Below, in pieces: positions 1 to 10,660 of a DNA stretch of 64,000 nucleotides; position 1 is the stretch's first letter; each line of letters starts with the position of its first letter. Both the position numbers and the translations under genes were made by a program. The stretch is from positions 288,001 through 352,000 of the forward strand of contig CAXXHB010000002.1 of the NCBI GenBank assembly GCA_963664815.2, given 5' to 3'. The stretch is from Spirochaetota bacterium. GTDB taxonomy: Bacteria > Spirochaetota > UBA4802 > UBA5550. Below the pieces are notes generated by a model that saw only the letters and a program-made list of their open reading frames with translations, was not told the DNA's origin and ran no database searches.

Positions 1-211
1 TCTCAATATCCTTGAATGTATCCAGAAATGCCATATCATATCTGTCAAAGAAAATCTCGTTCTTTACAAGTATTGACCTTGCCATATGGTAAAAGGATGT
101 GAGGCTGCAGTCATTGAGATTCATTTCAATAGCCTTATGCAGAGTTATCCACTCATGCAGTGAAACGGGAATCCCCTTGGCCTTGAGATTAAAGAAAAAA
201 TTAATAAACAT
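1..211 (-). CDS. VWA/CoxE-like partner of MoxR ATPase (N-terminal part; runs off window)
   Basis: Manual translation from ATG at 211: MFINFFFNLKAKGIPVSLHEWITLHKAI...FYHMARSILVKNEIFFDRYDMAF; overlaps the stop of the MoxR gene. Confidence 0.75.
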   Translation of the reverse strand, partial: MFINFFFNLKAKGIPVSLHEWITLHKAIEMNLNDCSLTSFYHMARSILVKNEIFFDRYDMAFLDTFKDIE

Positions 212-1055
212 CCCTCGTCCTCATGCTTGTATTATATGCATAGTGTGATTTTCCTGATTTCTGAAGGAGATCAATATCCTCCTGTTTTTTAAGGAGCGTG
301 CCGAGGAAAGGGATCTCCTTTTCCACATCTTTTACCGGAATTCCTCCGATTATAAGCGCCTGCAGCCAATCGATCAGTTCGCTTGTAGATGGTTTTTTTC
401 TCAACATGTCAAATTCCCTGATCCAGTAGAATTTTTTCAATGCCTCTCTTAAAAGCTTGTTCTCGATTTTAGGGAAATGCACATGAACAATCTCTTCCAT
501 AAGTTCCTGGGTCGGAAATTCAATATAATGGAAGATACATCTTCGAAGGAAGGGATCCGGCAGTTCTCTTTCACTGTTGGATGTTATTATAACTATAGGC
601 CTGTTCTTGGCCTTGATTGTTTCTTTTGTTTCAGGAATATAAAAACTCATCTCATCAAGCTCATTGAGCAAATCGTTTGGAAACTCAATATCCGCCTTGT
701 CTATCTCGTCGATAAGAAGAACAACCTGATCGTCAGAGGCAAAAGCCTCTCCAAGTTTACCAAGCTTTATATACTGTTTAATATCTGAGACATTATGATC
801 GCCGAATCTCGCATCATTAAGCCTCTGTACTGTATCATATACATAAAGTCCCTCCTGGGCCTTTGTTGTTGACTTTATGTTCCAGATAATAAACTTTTTC
901 CCGAGTGCTTTTGCAATTGCGTGCGCCAGCAGGGTTTTACCTGTACCCGGTTCACCTTTTACAATAAGCGGCCTTTGAAGAGCTATGGAGACATTGACAT
1001 TATCCCTCAACTCTTTGGATATTACATAATCTTCAGTTCCTTTAAAATAATCCAT
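201..1055 (-). CDS. MoxR-family AAA+ ATPase
   Basis: Walker A GEPGTGKT, Walker B LLIDEIDKAD, FPNDLL and LPDPFLRRC motifs. Confidence 0.92.
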   Translation of the reverse strand: MDYFKGTEDYVISKELRDNVNVSIALQRPLIVKGEPGTGKTLLAHAIAKALGKKFIIWNIKSTTKAQEGLYVYDTVQRLNDARFGDHNVSDIKQYIKLGKLGEAFASDDQVVLLIDEIDKADIEFPNDLLNELDEMSFYIPETKETIKAKNRPIVIITSNSERELPDPFLRRCIFHYIEFPTQELMEEIVHVHFPKIENKLLREALKKFYWIREFDMLRKKPSTSELIDWLQALIIGGIPVKDVEKEIPFLGTLLKKQEDIDLLQKSGKSHYAYNTSMRTRDVY

Positions 1056-1558
1056 TTCTGTTCCTGTACCTCAATTTTAGTTTTATCAAGCCCCTGGCAT
1101 TTTCAGAACAGGAGCCAATCTAACCAGTGTAAACCTGGTCACCTTTTTCAATAATTATCCTATACTACTACAAATCCCGCTATTATATTGGCAAGTAATT
1201 AATTATTCTCTGTAATACATATTATGTCAGATTTCAGCCGGTTATTCCGGTTTTTTTAAAGTTATAATATATTCAAAGTTGAATTATCAGTATATGCATT
1301 TGGAATTCATCAAAACTTTGATTTTACCACTAAAGATACCTTTTTTATACAATGCCCGTAAGCAGGAACCGCATGAGCACCATTCGGCCTGTATCCGCAA
1401 AGAGCAGGATCTCTCCTATAGTTCTATAAAGGCTCATCTCAAATAAAAATGTTAAAGCGGAACCTTTTAATATAAAAGAAGGTCTAATAAAAAAATTATC
1501 AAATTTTTAATATTTTTCTTTGTGTGATTATAATAATAAATAAAAAGAGGATTAGTAC

Positions 1559-2281
1559 ATGAAAAGACTTATACTCGCCACATTAACAATTTTTATCTTC
1601 ATGACTGTATCGAAACCACAGGCAGGTACTGCAGCGGGTATGTCTGTAGGCGCAGCAACATGGTATACATATTGGGATTATGACAATAATTCTAAAATTG
1701 ACATTGATCCGACATTTCTTTACGGCCCGGTATTTTCTTTTAAGATTAACGATCGTTTTAACATGACATTAGCCTTCCTGTATGGAACTTTTGACATGAA
1801 GTATACATCCACAACAGCTGTTTCAAATTATGAAATGACGCGGTATGATGGCGATTTTGCAGTGAATTACAGGTTAAATGACTATTTCAAAATATTCATT
1901 GGAGCAAAATATACAAATTATAACTATGAATTCGAAGACGACGATGTAGAAATGAAGCATAGTGGGATAGGAACGGGATCCGGGCTCAGTCTTATAGTTC
2001 CGGTGTATTCAGGTTTCTTTTTCATCATGAATGCAGGAGGAGTTTACCTCTGGGGAACCGAAAAAACAGAATTCAGCAATGATGATAAAAATACTGAAAA
2101 GTCAAAAGATTATGGAGTAAACACAACAGCAGCTCTTGCATATTATATTGAACCTGCTTCAGTTACATTAAGTCTGGGCGGAAGATACCAGTATATTATC
2201 AATAACTATGAAGATAGTGCATCAGAAAAACATAAATTCTACGGTGTAACCTTCTCCGCAATATATTCATTTGACATATAA
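1559..2281 (+). CDS. Outer-membrane beta-barrel-like protein
   Basis: Signal peptide, alternating aromatic/Gly beta-strands, C-terminal YSFDI; RBS GAGGA upstream. Confidence 0.65.
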   Translation: MKRLILATLTIFIFMTVSKPQAGTAAGMSVGAATWYTYWDYDNNSKIDIDPTFLYGPVFSFKINDRFNMTLAFLYGTFDMKYTSTTAVSNYEMTRYDGDFAVNYRLNDYFKIFIGAKYTNYNYEFEDDDVEMKHSGIGTGSGLSLIVPVYSGFFFIMNAGGVYLWGTEKTEFSNDDKNTEKSKDYGVNTTAALAYYIEPASVTLSLGGRYQYIINNYEDSASEKHKFYGVTFSAIYSFDI

Positions 2282-2306
2282 TTGCATAAGTCTTTTTAAA
2301 TAAAAA

Positions 2307-2340
2307 AATGTAGGGTACAGGCATGCCTGTACCCTACATT
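2307..2340. repeat. Perfect 34-bp palindrome, GTAG-type REP-like; possible bidirectional terminator
   Basis: AATGTAGGGTACAGGCA|TGCCTGTACCCTACATT between convergent genes. Confidence 0.75.
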
Positions 2341-2365
2341 ACCCGCCTGTTATTCTCTTTTATTA

Positions 2366-2956
2366 TCATTTATTTCTGTTATAATCTTCAGGTTTGGCAT
2401 CTTCAATCTTTTCTACTTCAAAGGCAACTTCCTGGAATGGACTTTGAAGTTCCATGGAGCCAACCCAACTAATAGATTCCCTTGTACACCTTTGATGAAT
2501 CTCTCCGGATTTCATAATTTTCAGATAAACAATCTGACCTGAGTTCACATCCAGATTTAATTCTTTTTCTTTAACATTATAATAACTTTTATTAAAACAT
2601 CCCGAGTCATCCTTAAAACCAGTATAAGAATATACGCCATCATGGCTTTGAGTGAAAATTGTATAAGAAATTTTTATTTTCCCTTCAGGAACCATTTTTA
2701 TAAATTTTTTATTATCATTAATTCTTTCCTCAAATTCTACATTATTATTAACTTTAATTAATACATTAAGAAAGCTAAATATATATCTTCTTGTAGGAAT
2801 GAATGATTTATCTTCTATAAAATCTTTATTAAATAAAAAAACAATTGTTCCACAATTAAAACATTTATTCTCTACCAATTCTTCCTGAATGCTGGAATTT
2901 AAACCACTACATGCTGATGTAATAAATATGCTTAAAATGATAATTGATTTTTTCAT
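2366..2956 (-). CDS. Hypothetical lipoprotein
   Basis: MKK plus hydrophobic stretch and lipobox ITSA-C. Confidence 0.7.
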   Translation of the reverse strand: MKKSIIILSIFITSACSGLNSSIQEELVENKCFNCGTIVFLFNKDFIEDKSFIPTRRYIFSFLNVLIKVNNNVEFEERINDNKKFIKMVPEGKIKISYTIFTQSHDGVYSYTGFKDDSGCFNKSYYNVKEKELNLDVNSGQIVYLKIMKSGEIHQRCTRESISWVGSMELQSPFQEVAFEVEKIEDAKPEDYNRNK

Positions 2957-3685
2957 CTTTATGCCTCATTATAATCAATTGTTCTTTCTTTGTGTCCAAC
3001 AGATAAATTCTTACGTACCAATGAACATTATTTAAAGAGCGGGTGCTCCCGAAGATCGCTTGTTTTGCAGTTAAATTTATTTTTTTAATACTTAAAAAAA
3101 AGCAGTGGAAAGAATGATACTTTCAGGCAGCAGAACCTTTTAAAATTAAATAGCATTTTATATATCGAATGGAGTTATCAAAATCCATTTATCTTCCCTG
3201 TGCAATTCTTTACTCTCTCTGATCTCATAGGTTTTCCCCTTAATCTCAAAAATAAAATTATAATCCATCCTCAGTTTTTCATCATCCACTTTATCAAATA
3301 TGTAAATAATTTCTCCTGGATATTTATTATACTCTTTTTCTAAAAATTCTGACTCAGTTTTAAAATGCAGAATATTCTTATCACTAAACATACTTCCATA
3401 AAACCAATCAATTCTTTTAAACGAAATGCTGTCACCTTCAGCATTAAATAAATTAACCGTACATTTCTTTATAATAATTGGTTGCCTCGTGCTTTTCCCT
3501 TGTAATCTAAAACTACTAAGTAAAACACCGGTCCATGACTCAATTTGATATTCAAATGCCATTTTAGTATTAAATAAATAAACCAGCTTAAGGTCTGTAT
3601 TTTTATTTATCTCCAGAACACAACTATCTTTATTTTCGCTGTCTAAATATGTAATTGATGTTCCCCCGAAAAAATGGACACTTTG

Positions 3686-4555
3686 TTAAGCCATTATTTT
3701 AAGATTTAATCTTTCAAAAATCTCCGGACTTTTATAACCCAGATGTGAATGCCTTCTTTTACGGTTATAAAATATTTCAATATATCTAAAGATACTTCTC
3801 TTAGCCTCATTCCTTGTTTTGTAAATATTAAAATAAAATTCTTCTGTTTTCATCGAATGAAATAAAGATTCAGCACAGGCATTATCCCAGCAATTGCCAT
3901 TCCTGCTCATACTCTGAATACATTTCTTTGATTCAAGTAATTCCCTGAAGGATTTGCTGGCATATTGTTTACCTCTATCAGAATGGAATATCAGGCCAGG
4001 GCCCGGATTTCTTCTCATACAGGCCATGTTAAAAGCATCTTCAACAAGTTCAGCTCTCATATGATTTGCCATTGACCATCCGACTATCATTCTGGAAAAT
4101 AAATCCATTACTATACATAAATACAGCCAGCCTTCTAATGTCCAGATATAGGTTATATCTGACACATATACTTTATCTTTCTCTTCAACAGTAAAATTCC
4201 TGTCTAGTATATTCTCAGACACTGGCAAAGAATGACCCGAATCAGTGGTTGCCTTAAATTTTTTCTTTGTCTTTGCATGAATCCCATTCACATTCATCAG
4301 CCTCTCAACCCTATGTATTCCGCAGAAAATACCTTCTTCAAGTAAATCCTGATGAATTCTGGGGCTGCCATAGCTCTCTCCGCTTGATTCATGTGATGAT
4401 TTTATCCTCTCCAATAGTATTTCATTTTCAAGCCCTCTTATACTCTTTGGAGCTTTCAGCCAGGCATAATAACCGCTTTTACTCACATCCATAATCTGGC
4501 ATATCCTCGATACTGGAAATTCAGTACTCTGTTCCTTGATGAATTCATATTTCAT
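3686..4555 (-). CDS. IS3 transposase OrfB (DDE integrase core)
   Basis: SDITY, FHSDRGKQY and NCWDNACAES motifs. Confidence 0.95.
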   Translation of the reverse strand: MKYEFIKEQSTEFPVSRICQIMDVSKSGYYAWLKAPKSIRGLENEILLERIKSSHESSGESYGSPRIHQDLLEEGIFCGIHRVERLMNVNGIHAKTKKKFKATTDSGHSLPVSENILDRNFTVEEKDKVYVSDITYIWTLEGWLYLCIVMDLFSRMIVGWSMANHMRAELVEDAFNMACMRRNPGPGLIFHSDRGKQYASKSFRELLESKKCIQSMSRNGNCWDNACAESLFHSMKTEEFYFNIYKTRNEAKRSIFRYIEIFYNRKRRHSHLGYKSPEIFERLNLKIMA

Positions 4556-4842
4556 TCTTGTGGTTTCGAGAATATGCCCAGAGCCTTTTTTAGAATGTCA
4601 CGCTCCTGCTTAAGAATCAACATTTCCTTCTTGAGTCGTTTAATTTCTTCACTATCCTGAGGATTTATTGTTATTGTCCCGGAATTCCTTTCCTCTGTTT
4701 CAATTTCCCTATTCCAGCGCAATAGATTATCTCTTTTAATCCCAAGATCATTCGCTATTTCAAGTGATGTCTTTCCGCTGGTTCTTAATAATTCTACAGC
4801 CTCTTTCTTAAATTCCGGGCTGTATTTACTTCTCTCTGACAT
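4552..4842 (-). CDS. IS3 transposase OrfA (HTH)
   Basis: KYSPEFKKEAV...ERDILKKA; A6G slippery site; ATGA overlap with orfB. Confidence 0.95.
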   Translation of the reverse strand: MSERSKYSPEFKKEAVELLRTSGKTSLEIANDLGIKRDNLLRWNREIETEERNSGTITINPQDSEEIKRLKKEMLILKQERDILKKALGIFSKPQE

Positions 4843-5217
4843 TGTAAGCCTCCAAATTTATTATATTTTCGGCTTAACTTAATGTCCACTATATCAGGGG
4901 AAGATCAAATATCCTTATATGGTATACATCCATTCATCAATGTTAACAAAATTATAATTATCAATATTTCCAATTTCATATTAATCTTCATTCATTTTTT
5001 AGTGAAACGATGACAAAGTATGTATTGTAATCTATATTTCAGCAGATACGGCTTCAAGGAGTCTTTGTCTATCTAAGTATGTATATATGTCATAATATAC
5101 ACTAGTCTATCCATTTTTTTCAATCTTTAAGTGTAAATTTTTTAACACGGATTTTCTGTGAGGTCTGCTCTGAACGAATCAAAGAGTAACTCAATAAGAG
5201 GTACAATGTTAAGTAAG

Positions 5218-5658
5218 TTATTTTAACGACATTTTGTACTGCAGTATAACATTGAAGTCTTTTAATACCTTTTTATTTTTTATCTCAAAGGTACATCCCT
5301 TTGATTTCCCGGTATTTTTTGTATTCCGGAACCGTTCTTTTGTATCATCAGATAGAGATTGATCATAGATACCGTCAATATATCTTTCCGGAATATATAT
5401 GGTTGCCCTTAAAAATCCCTTTACTGCAGACATCCAGACAACCGTCTTTTTCTTTTTAGTCGCTTTACAGAGCCACATTTTCCCGTCATTATAATATCTC
5501 CATTCATATGAAATTTCATTTTTGTCATACAAAGCCAGTAATTCCTTAAATGGCTCAAATCCTTTCTCAAGAACATTCTGAAGAATATTTTCATCCGGAT
5601 AAACATCAGGATCTGTTAATTCCTTTTTGTATTCCATACCTGCCCCCCTGTAGTTCAA
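5218..5658 (-). CDS. DUF3788-like protein
   Basis: EWRYYNDGKMWLCK...KKTVVWMS motif; start may be the internal ATG (MEYKKEL). Confidence 0.7.
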   Translation of the reverse strand: MNYRGAGMEYKKELTDPDVYPDENILQNVLEKGFEPFKELLALYDKNEISYEWRYYNDGKMWLCKATKKKKTVVWMSAVKGFLRATIYIPERYIDGIYDQSLSDDTKERFRNTKNTGKSKGCTFEIKNKKVLKDFNVILQYKMSLK

Positions 5659-5758
5659 TACTCTGATTATACAGCCTCAACGGCTGAATTCAGCTGCTGT
5701 TTTGCAGCAGCATACTGCCTGATAAAGAATATAACAGCCGGTTAAATACAGACTGATT

Positions 5759-6238
5759 TTATTCATCAACAGCCACTCCACGGGATGTAAATGAAATTCC
5801 CTGCTGGCCCTTTGTGCTGATCATTATAGTTTCAATAATCGGCTGATTTGCTTTCGATTGTGCAGACCATTTAATGATAAAATTTGCACCAATCCCTCCG
5901 CTGTTGTCCGTTTCCTTAATTCCCAGGCTGTATGTTTCCAGCGGCTGCAGAATTATTTTTTTATCTTTAATATAACTGTATATTATTTTCCCCGAAGTAT
6001 TGTAATAATCAATTGAATCGATAGTGATTCTGTTTTTCATATCAATATTATGGATGCTTAATGTAACCGATAAATTAATTTCCCGTTTTAAATCAGAATG
6101 ATAAACAGATGAATATGCAGGGACATAAACCGTATTATTCTGTACTTTATTTTTTACCTGAGGGGTTGCAGACTGAATACTCACAAACAGTGAACATATT
6201 ACAACAATCAGCAATGCAGTATTTTTCCTGATTTTCAT
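5759..6238 (-). CDS. DUF3124-family exported protein
   Basis: VYVPAYSSVYH, LSVTLSIHN, GGIGANFIIKW and GISFTSRG motifs. Confidence 0.8.
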   Translation of the reverse strand: MKIRKNTALLIVVICSLFVSIQSATPQVKNKVQNNTVYVPAYSSVYHSDLKREINLSVTLSIHNIDMKNRITIDSIDYYNTSGKIIYSYIKDKKIILQPLETYSLGIKETDNSGGIGANFIIKWSAQSKANQPIIETIMISTKGQQGISFTSRGVAVDE

Positions 6239-6270
6239 TTTATTGTCTCCTTGAATTTTATTACAGATAT

Positions 6271-8232
6271 TTACAATAACATCATTAATTCACTGAATAT
6301 TTTTTTATTTTCAGGTAAACCTATTATTGCTATATAATCTCCCCCCTGGAAGACAAATTCTGCCTCCGGATTCGGGATAAATTCATTATTTCTCAAAACA
6401 CCCACCACAGAGACACCAGTTTTTGACCTGATTGACAGGTCATTAATTGATCTGCCGGTAACAGCGCTGTTTTCAGTATTTTCGAACCAGCTCATCTCAA
6501 GAAGAAAAGGCGTTACCTTGACATTAGCTGACAGTGAATTCTTAACATTCTCAATTTGCAAATTTGAAAAATTCTGTTTTCTGATATCGTCAGTAAAACC
6601 ATATATTTTTGTTAAAGGAACTTCAAGAAGAACCAGCGACTGTCTGATTATTTCAAGACTCGCTTCAAATTCAGGCTGTACAACTTCAAAAATATTCATT
6701 TTAAATAATTCATCCACATGAGTAAGATCATCCGCACGCGCTATTATCTTTACCTCCGGATTAGACCTCAGTACAGTTGAAACTATTTCTCGTGCTGTTG
6801 TAATCAATGGTACAGTAATTATAATTAAGCGTGCTCTGTCGATTTTCGAACCATTTAAAACCGTTTCCCTGCCTGCATCACCATATATTACCGGAAAACC
6901 GGCATTTTTTGATTTTTCAAATCTCCTGAAATCCTGTTCAATTATTATAAACGAAAAATCAAGCTTTTGAAATATTGATGCTATCTGAAAACCGACACGC
7001 CCTCCGCCGGCAATAACTATATGGTTATTTAATCCGGCATCCGGTATATTTATTGTCTGAATCTGTTCATTTTTAAACCATTTATTTTTCAAAGAATAAA
7101 TAGGAACAACCAGCATGGATAATATCGGTGATATAATCATCGTTATTACAGAAACCGATAATACCAGTGAAAAAAAACCGGTTCCGATAATTTTATTCTG
7201 TAATCCGGTTCTTGCTAGTACAAAGGAAAACTCCCCGATCTGGGAGAGGCTGAAACCCAGGGCAAGCGGGATGATATTATAATATTTAAAAACAATACTC
7301 ATGGAAGAAAAAAGAATTAATTTGCCGGAGATAACCAGAACTACGAGAATAAAAATATTATAGAGATTATTATAAACAAAAGACGGATCAAGGAGCATGC
7401 CGATTGATGTAAAAAAAATCAGCCCGAAAATATCACGAAGAGGAATAATATCATTAAGCGCCTGATGACCGTAATCCGATTCATTTATTACCATGCCGGC
7501 GACAAAGGCGCCAAAGGCAAGAGAGAGTCCGAATATATGAGTAAGATACCCGACACCGAGCCCCAATGCGGTAATGGTCAGCAGAAATAATTCTCTGGAA
7601 TTCAGTTTCGCGACAACCTTAAGTATCCATGGGATAAGCCGGACACCGACAAATATTATTGCCGGTAAAATCAAAACTGCTTTTAAAAGAGTGAGCAGAA
7701 GCGGAATTAAATTACTGCTCAGAGAATTAAGTTCCGGAATAATCAGCATCAGCGGTATAGCCGCTAAATCCTGAACAATTAATATTCCGGTCATTACCCT
7801 GCCCGACAGTGTTCCTGTCAGTCCCCTGCTCATCAGTATTTTAAGAACCACCATTGTGCTGGAGAGAGATATTATCATTCCAAAAACAACAGATTCATTC
7901 AATGACATTTTCAGAAAAAACCCGATTGCACATCCATAGGCAATTAATATCAGCACCTGTATTGGCGTGCCGATAAGGGCAATGGCTTTAACAGCTTTTA
8001 ATTCTTTAAAAGAAAAATCCAGCCCTATGGAAAACAGAAGCAGGGCAACACCAATCTCCGCAAGTAATTCAATACGGGGAATATCAGATACGGTTATACC
8101 CCCAGTATAAGGGCCTATTATTATCCCGGCAATTATGTAACCAATAATCGGAGGAAATTTAATTTTTTCAGCTATTAACCCTGTCAATAATCCGACGATT
8201 ATAATTATTATAAGATCTTCTGCTATACCCAT
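6271..8232 (-). CDS. CPA2-family cation:proton antiporter with TrkA-N/TrkA-C domains
   Basis: Multiple TM segments, LSSTMVV, QDLAAI, GGGRVG Rossmann motif, C-terminal RSKTGVSVVG. Confidence 0.9.
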   Translation of the reverse strand: MGIAEDLIIIIIVGLLTGLIAEKIKFPPIIGYIIAGIIIGPYTGGITVSDIPRIELLAEIGVALLLFSIGLDFSFKELKAVKAIALIGTPIQVLILIAYGCAIGFFLKMSLNESVVFGMIISLSSTMVVLKILMSRGLTGTLSGRVMTGILIVQDLAAIPLMLIIPELNSLSSNLIPLLLTLLKAVLILPAIIFVGVRLIPWILKVVAKLNSRELFLLTITALGLGVGYLTHIFGLSLAFGAFVAGMVINESDYGHQALNDIIPLRDIFGLIFFTSIGMLLDPSFVYNNLYNIFILVVLVISGKLILFSSMSIVFKYYNIIPLALGFSLSQIGEFSFVLARTGLQNKIIGTGFFSLVLSVSVITMIISPILSMLVVPIYSLKNKWFKNEQIQTINIPDAGLNNHIVIAGGGRVGFQIASIFQKLDFSFIIIEQDFRRFEKSKNAGFPVIYGDAGRETVLNGSKIDRARLIIITVPLITTAREIVSTVLRSNPEVKIIARADDLTHVDELFKMNIFEVVQPEFEASLEIIRQSLVLLEVPLTKIYGFTDDIRKQNFSNLQIENVKNSLSANVKVTPFLLEMSWFENTENSAVTGRSINDLSIRSKTGVSVVGVLRNNEFIPNPEAEFVFQGGDYIAIIGLPENKKIFSELMMLL

Positions 8233-8249
8233 AATTTATAAATTCATAA

Positions 8250-8927
8250 TTATTTTATTAATGCATCATGTAATAAGGCCAGCCCGTTTTTATGATTATC
8301 TTTCACGGTTGAATAAATATCTTCATAAAAATCAATACTCCCTTTTAATCTTTTTTCAGCTATCTCCCTGGCACGTTCTGTAAATAAACCGGCATGAACA
8401 TTTTTTAATTTATATGAATATTCTCTGAAGAATGATTCCCCCTCATTTTCGTTTCCATCAAGAACATTTCCATCTTCATCAACTGAATACAGAGGTTGTT
8501 CAGTTATACCGGCATATAAAAGGGTTCTGGCTATACCAAGCGTTCCAATCACATCAATTTTATCCGCATCATAAATAATTTTTGCTTCTATACTTTCCGG
8601 AGGATTTGTATTTCTGTAACGATGAGTTGAAATGCAGTTTTTTACATGATGCGATTTAGTTTCATTCCAGTTGATTGATAATAAAAATTTATAAGCCATA
8701 TCAGCACCTATAATGGCATGATCTGATGCTCTGTTTTTAAACTGGGCTTCACGTCCAATATCATGAAGAAGTGCGGCAGTAATTAATACTTCGGTATCAA
8801 CATCAAAATGCTTTGCTATATCTAATGCAGAATATAAAACCCGATATACATGCTGTGTATCATGTGCACTGTCTTTCATGCATTTTTTCATATATTGTTC
8901 AATTTCTAAATACATATCTGATTTCAT
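8250..8927 (-). CDS. HD-domain metal-dependent phosphohydrolase
   Basis: AHDTQHVYRV, LLHDIGR and DADKID motifs. Confidence 0.88.
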   Translation of the reverse strand: MKSDMYLEIEQYMKKCMKDSAHDTQHVYRVLYSALDIAKHFDVDTEVLITAALLHDIGREAQFKNRASDHAIIGADMAYKFLLSINWNETKSHHVKNCISTHRYRNTNPPESIEAKIIYDADKIDVIGTLGIARTLLYAGITEQPLYSVDEDGNVLDGNENEGESFFREYSYKLKNVHAGLFTERAREIAEKRLKGSIDFYEDIYSTVKDNHKNGLALLHDALIK

Positions 8928-8972
8928 ATATAAATATCCGTTAATAAAAATTTTAAACAGGTTAATCCCGGT

Positions 8973-9710
8973 TCATCTTATATCTTCTGTCTTTTTTGCA
9001 ACGATATGTACCATGCGGTTTATTGTTTCTGATGAGTCTATTTCAAAACCACAATTTTTTAAAATGGTAATGATTTCATTCTCTGAAACTCTTAACTTCT
9101 TATAAGCACTTATTTTTTGAATCCATTCTCCATTTTCTTTTTCATGGAGCAGATCATATACCAAAACAAAATTGTCAAAGTATTCTAAAAAACATGTTAA
9201 GATACGATTTTCGTCTGATTTAACCGGAAGAAACCGGCTTACACCTTCCAGCGGGACAGTCAGATCGCGATATGAAATAATTAATTTTCCACCAGGAACC
9301 AATAACCCGTATGATTTTTGAAAAAGTTTTTCAATTTCAGAAGATGACAACAAATGAGTAATAGTATCTCCCATGCATGTTATAATTTCAAATGAAGAAT
9401 ATGGAATAATACTAAAATCCATAAAATCAGCTTCAATTGTTTTGATATCCAGCCCGATAGATTTTTTATTCAATTCATATAAAAGCTGCTCACTGAAATC
9501 TATTGCAATGACCTTAAAACCTGATCGTGCAAGTGAAACAGATTGAATTCCATTACCACATCCAAGATCTAACGCCACACCGTTTGTGACCAGTTGAATA
9601 TTATGAGATTTAAAATATTTTTGTTGTTCGATTACTTTGGTTTCAAAATCTCCAAGCATCCATGAATAAAATTTTCCCAGATGGTTGTCATAATGCTCTT
9701 TCACTGTCAT
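8973..9710 (-). CDS. Class I SAM-dependent methyltransferase
   Basis: LDLGCGNG and CMGDTITHL motifs. Confidence 0.88.
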   Translation of the reverse strand: MTVKEHYDNHLGKFYSWMLGDFETKVIEQQKYFKSHNIQLVTNGVALDLGCGNGIQSVSLARSGFKVIAIDFSEQLLYELNKKSIGLDIKTIEADFMDFSIIPYSSFEIITCMGDTITHLLSSSEIEKLFQKSYGLLVPGGKLIISYRDLTVPLEGVSRFLPVKSDENRILTCFLEYFDNFVLVYDLLHEKENGEWIQKISAYKKLRVSENEIITILKNCGFEIDSSETINRMVHIVAKKTEDIR

Positions 9711-9940
9711 TGATTTTTACCTCCACAAACTACAGCATGAATTTACATTGCATCAGACCGGACAGGAATTGCGTATAATATCCTGCTGATGTAATATCGC
9801 ATTAGTCTTTAAAATACCTATGCCTGTGCTGAGAAATTGAATAATGTAATGTTCGATGCCAGAGATTTCGTACAGCAGAATTTATACGAAGGAATTGGCC
9901 ATTTCATATGATATTTGTAAAAAACTAAAAGTTTATCCTT

Positions 9941-10222
9941 CTATAGTCTTACTCTTTTATTTTCAAAAATAATTTTCAAACCAAGTGCTCCGCATACTTT
10001 CAGAAAAGTGTTGATATTACAATTAATTCCATTTTCAACTTTCGAAAGTTGTTGCTGGGTTACATGTGCTTTCTTTGCTAAGTCTTTTTGAGAAATTCCG
10101 AGTTTATTTCTTTCTTCTAAAATTTTTATTGAAAGAGATAGCAGTTCTCTTTCTTCATTATATAATTGTGTGAATTTTTCATCTTTTAATTCTTCTTTTA
10201 TTTGTTTTTTAAATGTTTTCAT
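9941..10222 (-). CDS. HigA-type XRE HTH antitoxin
   Basis: ISQKDLAKKAHVTQQQLSKVENG HTH; start set at MKTFKK, overlapping the toxin end. Confidence 0.85.
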   Translation of the reverse strand: MKTFKKQIKEELKDEKFTQLYNEERELLSLSIKILEERNKLGISQKDLAKKAHVTQQQLSKVENGINCNINTFLKVCGALGLKIIFENKRVRL

Positions 10223-10424
10223 TATAAACATCCAATATTTTTTTCTCATCAAATCTCTTTAAAAAATCAGCATAAGGACGCGTCAGGTTTGGACCTTCCT
10301 CTTCAAGAAATGAAAGTAATCCGAGAATCTTCGCTCGATTTTTTATACTTTTTGAAGAAATGAAATCTTCAACGGGGCATTCACCATTTTTTGTTTCATA
10401 ATAAATGATTTTCCAGTTTTTCAT
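10209..10424 (-). pseudogene. RelE/HigB (Gp49-like) toxin with internal deletion
   Basis: WKIIYYETKNGECPVEDF...GPNLTRPYADFL jumps directly to the C-terminal tail; the ELR/RILYF core is missing. Confidence 0.75.
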
Positions 10425-10432
10425 GATAATTC

Positions 10433-10461
10433 AACTTACATCATATATGATGTAATGTCAA
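10433..10461 (-). promoter_or_regulatory. Sigma70 promoter with palindromic operator for the higBA-type operon
   Basis: TTGACA-17-TAAGTT, 8 nt before the ATG; perfect palindrome TTACATCATATATGATGTAA at 10436-10455. Confidence 0.75.
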
Positions 10462-10660
10462 CTTAAATATTCTATTTATCTTATCGAAAGAATCTATTAC
10501 TATTGAGAGACAAAATAATTCTGGCTAATTCTTTCAGGGCAAATAATCTTGCGCTCTGCCCGCTGGCTGGGTAAATAATTATTTTACGTGATTATTATTT
10601 TTTCAGGTAAGTCACAGGATAATATAAGTTATCGATTGTTCCCCCCGCCGTTCGATGTAG

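Larger units (their letters stand above)
3656..4907 (-). mobile_element. IS3-family element, copy 1 (1252 bp)
   Basis: TG...CA ends, imperfect IRs TGATCTTCCCCTGATATAGTGGACA / TGATGTTCCCCCGAAAAAATGGACA, target duplication AAT (3653-3655, 4908-4910). Confidence 0.95.
3158..4991 (-). pseudogene. Lipoprotein gene interrupted by IS3
   Basis: Removing the IS (3656-4907) and one AAT copy gives a continuous frame MKINMKLEILIIIILLTLMNGCIPYKDITYLDSENKD...NTKMAFEYQIESW. Confidence 0.85.

Noticed and set aside
1350-1420. GC-rich intergenic stretch as a riboswitch
   Set aside because: It matches no riboswitch consensus I recognise; an Rfam scan would be needed.
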